Assembly (NCBI RefSeq): GCF_004010195.1
Contig: NC_057721.1
Span: 52,035,656 to 52,080,254 of the forward strand
Length of the DNA: 44,599 nucleotides
Source: Chiloscyllium plagiosum
Lineage: Eukaryota
Direction: 5' to 3'
Below, in pieces: positions 32,020 through 44,599 of this stretch. Each line of letters starts with the position of its first letter. Within the stretch, counting starts at the first letter, position 1. Under the pieces are notes generated by a model. The model was not told where the DNA came from and did no database searches. It saw only the letters and a program-made list of their open reading frames with translations. Made by a program: the position numbers and the translations under genes.

Positions 32020-34890
32020 TGTATGCTGTGATACTTCTAAATACTGTCTAGCCAACTCCCCCACTCTATTTAATCATTCCCTAAAGTTTGACACGTAGTC
32101 CAAATATGTGGCCTCTGAATTCTGATTTACCAATTTCTCCTTAATCAATTTTACCGGTTCTCTCACTAAAATTAAATCAAATGGACTGAATTTGGTCAAT
32201 TAATTTGGTACATCTCTGATTGCAAAAAGCATAAGAGAATGATCTTATCCCAAGCATTTGAATAGTCTTGATGATAAGCCCTCAACATAGTCTTTAATGT
32301 CTGATGCCACCTTTCTAGCGCTCCCTGCAACTCTGGATGGTATGCAGTACACACCCCTAAATGACCCCCTGGTGGTAGTTCATGGGCCACCCGCAACATC
32401 TCCTCTCTATAACCCACTGGCAAACAACTTGATGAATTTCTGCCCATTTCTCATCTGCCTGAATATGTGATGGTTTCCATTTCCTCATTAAGATGTAATT
32501 TTTAAGATAGTAGCATTCAGGGATACATTCAGATTCTTTTTCTGTGTATGCCTGCTGATACAATTATTTTAAATTTTAATTTCTACTATAAATCAATTAA
32601 TTTATCTGAGCTAAAGATATCTGTATTGTCATCTATCTGCTTCTGGCTTGTCTCAACCATTTGATCAAAAAGGGTCTCTGCTAATTCCACTTTAACTTTC
32701 TTATCTGTACTCTTTGATCTCTCCTGTTTCAACTGGTGACTTTGTGACCCCATTATCAAACAGTCAGGAAAAATATGTGTCCTGAGTTTCCACTGGCTTT
32801 TCAACCACAGTAGGCAGCATTCCTACCTGTGAACCAGCTATATCATTAGCAAGGACAAATTGAATTCTTGGAGCTGAGAATTTATCCAGTATTCCTACCA
32901 TGACTTCTTCACTCTTCTCTGGACATTCTAACCTCACTCAACATAATTGAGCGTTTCTTGTCACACTGTGAATTCCTGTTATTAGTACCTTTTCTGGCAA
33001 TAGTCCTTCAGCATTATCTATCTCCTCATCTTTCAACATCAGAGATTGAGAGGATCATGTATCTCTTAATATTGTAACCGCTTTACCAGCTGCTCCTGAC
33101 CTATGCGAATAAACTTTACCTTTGCAGGTATATGGTTTAAGAAGTTCTGGCACTCCCTCCTTAACCAACCTCTGACCAGGTTGTACATTCTGGTGCAGCT
33201 TTCTAGCCTCCACTGTGCTTTCCGCAATGACTCCATCAAAATTCACTGGCTTATCCTGTTTTCCTTTGTCTGGCTTCCCAGTGCTTTTTCTAACCCACCA
33301 ACACTGTGATTTCATGTAGCAGTGAAAACACAGGAGTTTTTTATCTTCTCTTGCCCCTTCAAGGGTTTCCTTTTTACTCTGCGTAAATTATCTTTATGAT
33401 CTTCACCGAGATCCACCTTTCCCTTCCCATGTGAGGGATTCTCTTTTCCCCAATTTCTATCCCTCACGGATTGAAGTTGATGTTGGAAACCAAACTTTGA
33501 TTTATGGACCAACTCATAACCATCAGCCATTGCAGCTGTGAATCTGCTCTTCCACATGAGTTCTCACTATTTCAGGAAGTGAATTTTTGAACTCCTCCAA
33601 AATAATCATCTCTCTAAGAGCATCTCTGCTTTGCTGTATTTTTAATGCCCTTATCCACCTTTCAAAAGTATTTTCATTAATCCTTTCAAACTCAGTGTAG
33701 GTTTGACCAAGGTCCCTCTTTAGATTCCTGAAACACTGTCTGTAGGCTTCTGGCACAAGCTCATATGCACTTAAGATGGCTTTCTTCACCTCCTCATATG
33801 CCCCAGATACCTCTTCGGATAGTGATGTGAATACCTCACCAGGTCTACTTATAAGTTTTGTTTGGATCAACAAAACACATATAGCCACTGGACACCACAT
33901 TTGTTTAGCCACCTTTTCAAATGAGATGAAGAAGTCTTCTACGTCCTTCTCATCAAATTTAGGCAATGCTTGAATATATTTAAACAGATCCCCACCAGGC
34001 CTTTGGTTACCATGGGTTTGTTCATCCTCAATCTCTTCCTTACTAAGCTTACCTTCAGCCTTCATCTCCATCCTTTTAAGCTGACTTTCCTGTCTAAGTG
34101 CCAATTTCTGAAGTTCAATCTCCCTCTCTTTTTCCTTTCCTCTCTCTCCTTTTCTCTCTCTTCTCTTTCTTTTTGTTCTGTTAATGCGATTCTGTCATTT
34201 TCTTTTTTCTCTGCTTTTAATCATAATTCAAACCATTCATTTCTATTGCCCTTTCCTTGGTCTTTTGCCTCTCACTCAAGCTGTTTCATTTTCAGTTGAA
34301 TTTTATCCATCTCTAAAGATTCTGATGTCATTTCCTGCAAATGTAAATGCTGAGCTGCTGCTGTAATTATCTGTCCTTTCCTCACGGAAGGAGACAGCTC
34401 CAACTCCAGCTTGTCTGCTAATTCCAGCAGCTTGGCCTTAATCACCTTTTGTAAAATCCTCAAAGTCACTTCTTCCACTCTCAGTAAACTCTTGGTGACT
34501 GAAAGAGCCATTGCTATCCCAAGCACTATTTAAACCAACCAAATTCAAAACCCAGAACAAATGACACAAACACCTGCCACTCACTGCTTTCGAGTCCAGC
34601 AACCCTAATCCCAAATCAGAACTAAAGAACAAATCCTACAAAGAACCAAACCCCTGCAAACATTTCAAGAAAGTAGCCCAGTCCCTAACATTGCTTGTTT
34701 GTTTTAAGCAGGATTAAAGTGGATATTCCTGGAATGATGCAGCTGGTGAAACTGATTACTTTTGAAATAAATAGAATTTATTTACAAGATTACCAAGTGA
34801 AACAAACAAGAGAGAACAGAATATATAATAACCTATTCGAAAATCCAACAGATTATCCCAACTTAATGATGCTGTTCCAAATACTTGCAA
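32020..34890 (-). mobile_element. Gmr1-like Gypsy LTR retrotransposon, degenerate (gag/SCAN-like capsid, protease, integrase)
   Basis: Gag LPKFDEKDVEDFFISFEKVA...AYELVPEAYRQCFR...IILEEFKNSLPEIVRTHV; degenerate CFHC knuckle; protease ILRDT; integrase AHELPPGGHLGV and AYHPELQGALERWHQTLKTML directly after the protease, with no RT between them. Confidence 0.85.
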
Positions 34891-35309
34891 CAGTCTGCTA
34901 CAATTTTGCCCATTTACTTGATCTATCAACAACTTGTTGTAACTTTATGTCATGGCCAACACTGTCTACAATGTTGTCCAATTTTGAGTTGTCAGCAAAT
35001 TTGCATCCAGGTTGTTCATGAATATAGTGAATATTTGAGACCCTAACACAGATCCCTGTGGGACATGACTAGTTTATTCCAACTCTCTGTTTCCCGCCAC
35101 TCAACCAATTTCCTGTCCATTTCAGTAATTTAGAATTAGAATTACTGGCACTGTCACATATACTCATATGAGTACAGTGAAACGTTTACAAGTCCCCACT
35201 TAAGGTGCCTTCTTAGGTATCAAACAACTTAGGTACAGATTCTCAAGTACTAATTCTTTGGGGGAAAAATTTAGAAAAGTAAAGAAATATGAATTCAGAA
35301 TATATATGG

Positions 35310-35640
35310 AGTGGCACGGTGGTTCAGTGGTTAGCACTGCTGCCTCACAGCGCCAGGGACCCAGGTTTGATTCCAACCTCAGGCGACTGCCTGTGTAGAG
35401 TTTGCACCTTCTCCCCGTGTTTGCATGGGTTTCTTCCTGGTGCTCTGGTCTCCTCCCACAAGTCCAAAGCTGTGCAGGTTAGGTGAATTGGCCATGCTAA
35501 ATTGTCCATAGTGTTCAGGGATGTGTAGGTTAGGTGCATTAGTCAGGGGGTAAAAGTAAGGGGATGGGTCTGGGTGGGTGGCTCTTCAGAGGGTTGGTGT
35601 GGACTTGCTGGGCCAAAGGACCTGTTTCCACTCTATCTAA
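35310..35640 (+). mobile_element. HE1-like SINE, full length
   Basis: gtggcacggtggttcagtggttagcactgctgcctcacagcgccagggacccaggtttgattcc head and the shared tail. Confidence 0.9.
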
Positions 35641-35689
35641 TAATGTCAGTCCTTCCAACCTAGACTGCGCCAGGCTATACCTGGAGGCC

Positions 35690-38600
35690 AGGAATGCCAG
35701 GAGTCCATTCTGAGGCTGGGAATTGAGTCCGCACTGAGGCCATGAATCCGAGTCTGCACCGAGGCCGGGAATCCGAGTCCACGCTGAGGCTGGGAATCCG
35801 AGTTCGTGCCGAGGCTGGAAATCCGAGTCTGCGCCGAGGCTGGGAAACCGAGTGGGCACCGAGGCTAGGAATCCGTGTCCGCGCTGAGGCTGGGAATCCA
35901 ACCCCATGCTGAGGCCGGGAATCTGAGTCCACACTGCAGCCGGGAATCCGAGTCCACACTGCGGCCGGGAATCCGGGTACGCACTAAGGCCGGGAATCCG
36001 AGTCCACGCTGAGGCCGAGAATCTGAATCTGCACCGAGGCCGGGAATCCGAGTCTGCGCTGAGGCTGGGAATCTGACTCCATGCTAAGGCCGGGAATCTG
36101 AATCCACACTGAGGCTGGGAATCATAGTCCACACTGAGGCTGCAAATCCGAGTCTGTGCTGAGGTTGGAAATCCGAGTCCGTGCTGAGGTTGGAAATCTG
36201 AGTCAGCTCTGAGGCCGGTAATCCGTGTCCGCTCTGAGGCCGGGAATCCATGTCCGCGCTGAGGCTGGGAATCCGAGTCCGCACTGAGGATTGGAATCCG
36301 AGTCTGCGCTCAGTCCGGGAATCCGAGTCTGCACCGAGGCCGGGATTCCGAGTCTGCATTGAGGCCGGGAATCCGAGTCCATGTTGATGCTGGGAATCCG
36401 AGTCCGTGCTGAGGCTGGGAATCCGAGTCTGCACTGAGGCCGAGAATCCGAGTCTGCACTAAGGCTGAGAATCCGAGTCCGTGCTGACGCTGGAAATCCA
36501 AGTTTGCGCCGAGGCTAGGAATCTGAGTCGGTGCTGAGGCTGGAATTCCAAGTCTGCACCAAGGCCAGGAATCAAGTGCGTACTGAGGCCAGGAATCCGA
36601 GTCCATGCTGAAGCCGGGAATCCAAGTGTGTACCGAGGTGGGAATCCGTGTGTGCGCTGATGCCAGGAATCCACGTCTACACTGAGGCTGAAAATCCTAG
36701 TCTATGCTGAGACCGGAAAACCGAGTCCACTCTGAGGCCGGACCTTCAAGTCCGCGTTGAGGCAGGAAATCCGAGTCCACACTGAGGCTGGGAATCTGAG
36801 TTCGTACTGAGGCCGGGAATCCGAGTCCGCGCTGATGCCGGGCATCCGAGTCCACACTGAGGCTGAAATTCCGAGTCAGCATTGAGGCCGGGAATCCGAC
36901 TCCATGCTAAGGCCAGGCATCCGGGTACGCACTAAGGCCGGGAATCCGAGTCTGCACTGAGGCTGGAAATCCGAGTCTACGCTGAGGCTGGGAATCCAAC
37001 TCCATGCTAAGGCCGGGAATCCGAGTCCACTGTGAGGCTGGGAATCTGAGTCCACTCTGAGGCCGGGAATCCGAGCCCACACCGAGGCCAGAATCAGTCT
37101 GCACCGAGGTTGGGATTCCGAGTCTGCACTGAGGCTGGGAATCCGAGTCCACGCTGAGGCTGGGAATCCAAGTTCGTGCCGAGGCTGGGAATCCGAGTCC
37201 GCGCTGATGCCGGGAATCCGAGACCACACTGAGGCTGAAATTCCGAGTCAATACTGAGGCTGGGAATCCGACTCCATGCTAAGGCCAGGAATCCAAGTCC
37301 ACATTGAGGCTGGGAATCCGAGTCCGCGCTGAGGTCGGGAATCCAAGTCCGCGCTTGGGCCGGGAATCTGAGTCCGCACTGAGATAGGGAATCCGAGTCC
37401 ACGCTGAGGCCAGGAATCCGATTCCATACCAAGGCCAGGAATACGAGTCCGTGCTGAGGCCGAGAATCTGAATCTGCACCGAGGCCGGGAATCCGAGTCT
37501 GCGCTGAGGCTGGGAATCCAACTCCATGCTAAGGCTGGGAATCCAAGTCCGCACTGAGGCTTGGAATCCGAGTCTGCGCTCAGTCCGGCAATCCAAGTCT
37601 GCACAGAGGCCGGGATTCCGAGTCTACGTTGAGGCTGGGAATCCGAGTCCATGTTGAGGCTGGGAATCCGAGTCCGTGCTGAGGCTGGGAATCCGAGTCC
37701 GTGCTGAGGCTGGGAATCCGAGTCTGCACTGAGGCCGGGAATCCGAGTCCGTGCTGAGGCTGGGAATCCGAGTCTGCACTGAGGCTGGGAATCCGAGTCT
37801 GCACTGAGGCCGGGAATCCGAGTCTGCACTAAGGCTGAGAATCCGAGTCCATGCTGAGGCTGGAAATCCAAGTCTGTGCCGAGGCTAGGAATCTGAGTCG
37901 GTGCTGAGGCTGGAATTCCAAGTCTGCACCAAGGCCGGGAATCAAGTGCGTACAGAGGCCGGGAATCCGAGTCCATGCTGAGGCCGGGAATCCAAATGCG
38001 TACCGAGGCCGGGAATCCGTGTGTGCGCTGATGCCAGGAATCCACGTCTACACTGAGGCTGAAAATCCTAGTCTATGCTGAGACCGGAAATCCGAGTCCA
38101 CTCTGAGGCCGGGACACCAAGTCCGGGTTGAGGCAGGGAATCCGAGTCCACACTGAGGCTGGGAATCTGAGTTCGTACTGAGGCCGGGAATCTGAGTCCG
38201 CGCTGATGCCGGGCATCCGAGTCCACACTGAGGCTGAAATTCCGAGTCAGCACTGAGGCCGGGAATCCGACTCCATGCTAAGGCCAGGAATCCGAGTCCA
38301 CTTTGAGGCTGGGAATCCGATTCCATACCAAGGCCAGGAATCCGAGTCTGCGCTGAGGCCGGGAACCTGAGTCTGCACTGATGCCGGGAATCCGAGTCCG
38401 CGCTGAGGCCGGGAATCCGAGTCCGCACCGAGGCCAGGAATCTGAGTCTGCACTGAGGCTGGGAATCTGAGTCTGTGCCAAGGCCGGGCATCTGAGTCTG
38501 TACTGAGGCCGGGCATCTGAGTCCATACTGAGGCCAGGAATCTGATTTCGTGGTGAGGCCAGGAATACGAGCCCATGTTGAGGCTGGAAATCGAGTCCAT

Positions 38601-38877
38601 GCTGAGGCCAGGAATCCTAGTCTGTGCTGATGCCGGGAATCCGAGTCTACACTCAGGTTGGGAGTCTGAGTCCGCACTGAGGCCGGAAATCCGAGTCCAC
38701 ACTGAGGCTGGGAGTCCGAGTCCATATTGAGGCCATGAATCCGAGTCCACGCTGATGCCGGGAATCCGAGTCCACACTGTGGCTGGAAATCCGAGTGAGC
38801 ACCGAGGCCGAAATTCGAGTCTGTGCTGAGGCCGGGAATCTGAGTCTGTACTGAGGCCGGGAATCCGAGTCCACCCT
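35690..38877. repeat. 25-bp GC/CpG-rich minisatellite, roughly 125 copies; consensus GAGGCYGGGAATCCGAGTCYRCRCT
   Basis: The 25-nt periodicity is directly visible, and the minus-strand ORFs show the corresponding 25-aa periodicity. Confidence 0.95.
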
Positions 38878-38879
38878 CA

Positions 38880-39030
38880 GTTCCAGGGTTTTTTGCCTTA
38901 CATAACAGTCTCTAGTGTGGGACTTTATTAAAAGCCTTCTGGAAATCCATAGTAATGACATCCATTGTCTTACCTCTGTCTACTAAATTTGTCATGTCTT
39001 CAATAAACTCTATCAGGTTTGTAAGTCTGA
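38880..39030 (-). mobile_element. CR1 RT fragment
   Basis: LTNLIEFIEDMTNLVDRGKTMDVITMDFQKAFNKVPH. Confidence 0.8.
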
Positions 39031-39584
39031 GGACCACATAGAACTGTTTCTTCCATTGTAACCACATTATATTATTAAGTTCAAAGATACCCCTCATTAA
39101 ACAGAACTGTTTAAGAATACATTAGATTTACTTGCATTTTTATGCAGGTCAGCTATGGCTATCTGATTTTTAATTCAGGTCAAGGATGCATCAAATTGCA
39201 GCACTACAGTGTTATCTTTTTTTCATCGACATAACTGGAACTAACTGATAACAAGTGCATGAGTGGGGTTGGTATTTATGACTGAAATTCACGAAGCTAT
39301 GCAACGAAATCCATTCTCGAATTTCAGATAACTTTAAGGTGTAAAAATATACTTACAATCGATAACAAAGTCACAGGGTGAGTCCATCTGATAACATACA
39401 GGTGCGAAGAAAGGCAGAAAGAATAAAATCTTTACAGCTTTAAAGAAGATGGCCAAAAGGTGAACTAATATAGATATATCAGATGGTAAATGTTACCAAA
39501 ACATAAACCTGAAACTTCAAACTAAACTATAACTGTTTGACAAGAGAAAACAAGTTCAAATTGTCAAAAAGAAAATATTGGGAT

Positions 39585-41380
39585 TAGAGTCATAAAGTCA
39601 TACAACAAGGAAATAAACCTTTTGGTCCCATCAGTCCGTGATGGCCATAATCCTAAACTAATCTAGTCCCACCTGCCTGCACTTAGCCCATATCCCCTCC
39701 AAACATTTCTTATTCATATACCTATCCAAGTATCTTTTAAACATTCTAACTACCCACATCCACCACTTCCTCTGGAAGTTCATTCCACACATGAACTATT
39801 CTCTGTGCCTTTTTAAAATCTTTCTCCTCTCACCTTAAAAATATGTGCCCTATCCTTGAAATCCCCCACCCTGGAGAAAATACACCATTTATATATACCC
39901 CCATGATCTTATAACCTCTATAAGGTCTCAACCTCCTACACTCCAATGAAAAAGTCTCAGCCTCTCCTTATAACTCAAACCCTCCATTTCTGGCAACATC
40001 CTGGTAAATCTCTTCTGAACCCTGTCCAGCTTAATGATATCCTTCCTATAGTAGGGCAACCAGAACTGGGTGCATTACTCCAGAAGAGGTCTCATCAATA
40101 TCTTGTACAACTTCACCAGAACATCCCAACTCCTATTCTTAAAGTTCTGAACAATGAAGGCAAGTGTGTTAAGTGCCTTCTTAACCGTCCTAATTATATG
40201 TGATGTAAACTTCAAAGAATTATCCAGCTGAACCCCATGTCTCTCTCCCAAGGCACTACTTGTAATTATTGAAGTCCTGCCCTTGTTTGTTTTACCAAAA
40301 TGCAATATCTCACATTTATCCAAATTAAACTCCATTTGCCACTCTTCAGCCCACTGACACAATTGATCAAGATCTCTTTGTAAGCTTAGATAACCTTCTT
40401 CACTGTCAATAATACCAGCAATTTTGGTGTTATCTGTAAACTTATTAACCACATATTCTATATTTTCATCTAAATCACTTCTATAAATGACAAACAAAAA
40501 TGGACCCAGCACTGGAACACCATTGGTCACAGGCCTCCAGTCCGAAAAACAATCTTCCATCATCACTGACTGTCTCCTTCCATTAAACCAATTTTGTATC
40601 AAATTGGCAAGCTCAGAGCCTTGTCAAAGGCTTTACTAAAGTCTAAGTAGACAATGTCTATCACTCTGCCCTTGTAAATCTTCTTGGTTACTTCCTCAAA
40701 ACACTCTAACAAGTTTGTGAGACACAATTTCCTCTGCAAAAAAAACATGCTGACATCCCTAATCATTCATTGCCTCCCCAATGTATATAAATCCTAACTT
40801 TTAGAATCACCTCTAACAGCCTACCCACCACTGAAGTCAGACTCACAGGTCAATAGGTCCCAGGCTTCTCCTTATATCCCTTCTTAAATAAAGGCACAAC
40901 ATTAGCCACTCTTTAGACATTCAGCAACTCATCCATAAATAATAGATGATACAAATATTTCTGCTAGTGGTCCTGCGATTTCCTCCTTTACTTCCCACAA
41001 ATTCCTGGTATACATTAGATCAAGTCCCAGAAATTTAACCACCGTTATATTTTCTAAGACCTCCAGTACTGCCTCTTCTGTCATGTGAATTGTTTTCAAA
41101 ACATCAATATTTATTTTCCTGGGTTCTCTAGCCTCCATTTCTATCTCCACAGTAAAACAAATGAGGCAAAATATTCATTTGAAAGCTCTCACAAATCCTG
41201 AGGGCTGGACAACCTCTTTGATCTTTGAGGGCCCTACTCTCTCTCTAGTTGCTCTCTTGTCCTCAATGCACTTGTAGAATCTCTTTGGATCATCCTTAAC
41301 CTTACTCGCCAAGGCTACCTCATATCCTCTCTTTGCCTTCCTGATCTCCCTCTTAAGAATGCCCCGCACTCATTATACTT
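39585..41380 (-). mobile_element. CR1-clade LINE, decayed ORF2
   Basis: ORFs 41175-41369, 40929-41150 and 40075-40602 (VLGPFLFVIY...KFTDNTKIAG...WQMEFNLDKC) plus the tail. Confidence 0.9.
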
Positions 41381-41382
41381 TT

Positions 41383-41976
41383 TGTGACAATGCTGTGGTT
41401 TTTGAGAGGTTATTTTATCCTGATTTTTTTGAAGAGCAGTTAGAAGGCAGGTGTCCGAGCTGTCTACCGAGATCATAAGAGTAAACAGCTTGTGAGGACT
41501 TTAAAGCTGGAACAATGGAGGCAGCCTGGCTGGGTGTGGTCAGCTCTCACAGACCATGCTTTCTAGTTTATTCTTAGTTTTTACATTTAGCTTTGAGCAG
41601 TTGCTGTTATGGGCTTGAAGAAGTAGAAGCTATCTTTTCCCTTTCTCTGTTAGAGCTAGAAGCTGGGGTTTCTCTCTGCTGCTGGGTTACCTGTCAGACA
41701 AATCTTTTATTTTGAATTTGCCATTTTTGTCAAGGGGATATTTATGGGATGTTACTATATCTATTATTATGGTTAAGTTTTCTAACTTCCTTTTTCATTG
41801 GTTGTATTTGAACTATGGTGTTTTAAAAAATTGTGTTCTGCTTATCATTGAGTAGTTTGACCAATCGAATGGCATGTGGAAAACAACAGATAACATCTAG
41901 CATTAAATTTAAAAAAAATTGGGGTGTAGGCTACCTCCTTAAAATATTTTTAGAGGGTCTGGTCTGGTCCATAACA
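41383..41976 (+). mobile_element. Solo LTR (Gypsy-type)
   Basis: TGTGA...TAACA termini about 594 bp apart; flanks tttt and tgtt form an imperfect 4-bp TSD. Confidence 0.55.
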
Positions 41977-43844
41977 TGTTCAAGAGATTCATCCGAACCC
42001 AGTTGTCAATATCTAATATACATTATTTTTTATTCTTGACTAGAATCTTGGCGAGAAGTTCTTCATGGAAAATAATAAATTGGTGAAGTCCTTTCACTGG
42101 TGACCTGTCCTGCTGGCAAACAAGCTCCTGTGATTTGAACGCTTTGGCTTTATTGAATCCAATTGTTGAGTTGGGTCTTGGCTGAAGCTCTACAGAGTTA
42201 CCTTGAATAATACATTTCAGCAAACACACTTCACAAGAGATTGAGGAAGGATGTATACCTGAATGAATGAATGATTTATTGTCACACGTATTTTACATGG
42301 AAATACGATAAAATACAGTGAAAAACTTCCTTTTGTCACCATAATCGAGTGCCATTTTGATAGTTTAAGAATAACAGATAATGAAAAGATACAGGTGGAC
42401 GAGTTCTGAACTGGCTCAGAACCACCATTGCCTTGCCAGACCCAACTGGTGCCCTCAGACACCATCTTTCGTCCCTGGGCCAATTCACTTTCACTACCCC
42501 CCTACTGGGCACACCAACATCAGAGACTATTGCCACAGTCGATGTTACCGTGGTATCCTCCCACCACCGCTTTGTTGCTGCCAGCACCGGACACAGGCAA
42601 TGACAAAGCCACCGATCCTCAGACACCATCTTTCACTGCTGGGCCTACCTCACGAACATTGCCTCAGGGCTCACTCTCCTCCACAATGGACTGGCCCTCA
42701 GAGTCAGGTAAATTGGGTCTTCTAATTCCATCAAGAACAGTTATTCACTTGTTGTGACGACCTGTTGAGGCTTCTCACTACGGGCGTTAGCTTCTTGCCA
42801 AGGCTGTTCTTCCCTGTTTTAAAAGGTTTCATTAGTTTTGCTAGTTTTTAATCACAGATGGATAATTTTTGCAAAATTACGCTGTGCAGTAATGGTGTTA
42901 TAACAGATTATAACTTATTTTGCCGCACTTCACAAAGAAAGAGAAAAGGCGCTAAGTAATTGATCTTGATGTTGGCATCCCACGAATTAGGTTGCTTTAT
43001 AGAATGCGTGGAAGCAGCACTCCTAGTACTAAGGAACTTAAAAAGAAACTGCTGTCATGCAAGGAAGCATTGAAGAAACAATAGTTATACAGAAACATTT
43101 GAAGACGTGCATAGATAAAGGCTGACAGAAAAGCAGGATTTAAATGATACAGGAAATACTGAAGTTCAAGATAGTATTCTCATTGTGGTCAAATGATATA
43201 TAAGATGGTTTGATTTGTTACCAATGTGACCTTATTCTAATAAACAAAATAGGTCACAGAGAAAGCTGACTTGAAGCTCTAGGCAGTTTATTTCTTTATG
43301 GATCAGTTACTAATGCACTGTCATTGACAGACCCTCAAAGACCTGTTCCCAGCCTGCATTGACTATTCTGTTGTTTGGTTGTGCTGAACATGGTAGGATT
43401 AAGGACTTCCATGAGCTCCTCAGTTACGGACTATATTGCCACTATGTTTTTAGAACGTTTTGCTTCAGATTCCAGTCAATTATGGGCCACAAAATATTGT
43501 TGACAGAGGTTTTGATGATAATAATAAAAACTGAAAGTGCTGGAGACAGAAATAGTTTTAAAATTTGGAGTCTAGTGGTTTGGAAATGACCATTTTTTAG
43601 CTGTTGACAGAGGGGGAAGAGGATGGTGAGGTTGCTGATGGCAAAGAGAGTGCAAATGGCAATAAAGGAGATATATGGTTGAAGTATATGTGTTAGTGAT
43701 AGCTGTGAATAGTAGATAACTGATCAGATGTGCAGAAAGCAGAAACATTGAAACAGGACACAGGCAAGTGAGGCACATGAATGTGATCAAAATGGAATAG
43801 TGTTTATGTTCTGTTCTTATTGAACTTGATTAAGATGAAGAGCT

Positions 43845-44098
43845 TCGATATAATTTAATTTAAGTTAATTTGAATTCAGTTTAATTTAAGTTTTATTTAA
43901 TTTGATTGTAGTTTAATTTAAGATAAGTAGATATGTTTATTCTGGTAGAATAGTGGGTATTATTATTAATAATATTGCGATATGACATTGTTGCACTGCC
44001 TGTCTTTCTGTATTTTGGTATTGTTCTTTTTGGTATATTGACGTTTTGTAAAAGATTTATTAAAAAAGTTTCTAATAAAAATATTTATTAAAAAAAAA
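43845..44098 (+). repeat. AT-rich low-complexity tract ending in AATAAA and an A-run (possible LINE 3' UTR)
   Basis: (ttaatt)-like repeats, then aataaaaatatttattaaaaaaaaa. Confidence 0.4.
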
Positions 44099-44129
44099 GA
44101 TAGAGACTGAAGTAATTGAATCCAACACT

Positions 44130-44599
44130 AGGGTCCCTGAATCTAAATAAAAGCAATTATGATGGAATGAGGTGTGAATTTGCAAGAATGGATCGGGAGT
44201 TCTGACTAAAGGAGTTGACAGTGGAAAAAGAATGATTAATATTTAAAGAACGTGTACTTGATTTATAGCAATTATTCTTTCCTAGGAGAAGGTGAGGACT
44301 GTCATTGCTGGAGATCTGATCTCCCCAGAGGGGAGGCCATATTGGATTTGGTACTTGGTAACGAACCAGGACAAGTGATGGGCTTGTTAGTGGGTGAGCA
44401 TTTTGGTGATGGTGACCACAATTCTGTGACTTTCACCTTGGTTATGGAGAGAGATAGGTGCGTGTAACAGGGCAGGTTTTACAATTGGGGGAAGGGTAAA
44501 TACAATGCTGCAAGACAGGATCTGAGGAGCATGAGTTGGGAGCATAGGCTGTCAGGGAAGGATGTCGTTGAAATGTGGAACTTTTTCAAGGAACAGATA
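44130..44599 (+). mobile_element. CR1-clade LINE fragments including the endonuclease C-terminus; runs off the window
   Basis: RGEAILDLVLGNEPGQV...EHFGDGDHNSVTF, an APE-endonuclease LD...xDH motif. Confidence 0.8.

Noticed and set aside
35690-38877. CRISPR-like array
   Set aside because: The units are contiguous with no unique spacers, there are no cas genes, and the context is vertebrate.
35539-38961. Many long overlapping minus-strand ORFs (up to 265 aa)
   Set aside because: They are read-through of the 25-bp tandem repeat in all three frames, interrupted by stops and indels, with no domain or splice evidence.
42217-42757. Cluster of overlapping ORFs on both strands
   Set aside because: GC-richer repeat-like sequence with no recognisable domain or splice structure.

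Overview
Repeat-rich vertebrate genomic DNA, most likely from a shark. HE1-type tRNA-derived SINEs, many CR1-clade LINE fragments, RTE and L2 remnants, and a Gmr1-like Gypsy element point to an elasmobranch; this is inference from repeat families. The only host gene I can reconstruct is a six-exon immunoglobulin-superfamily receptor on the minus strand (5698-11615): leader, a pre-joined non-rearranging V(J) domain, an antigen-receptor-type C1 domain, an uncharged TM segment and a tyrosine-motif cytoplasmic tail, with all introns in phase 1. The V domain has CD28/CTLA-4-like hallmarks (second Cys pair, IPPP in the FG loop), and the tail has YxN and ITIM-like motifs. The leader exon appears broken (frameshift plus TGA) and the B-strand Cys is Phe, so this copy may be a pseudogene or a divergent paralogue. 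Other points of note are a minimal hammerhead-ribozyme core in a Penelope-like insertion inside the gene's V-C1 intron, a related insertion flanked by a 50-bp perfect duplication, and a 3.2-kb 25-bp CpG-rich minisatellite with higher-order structure. Most listed ORFs are repeat-derived or spurious. Repeat boundaries are approximate.
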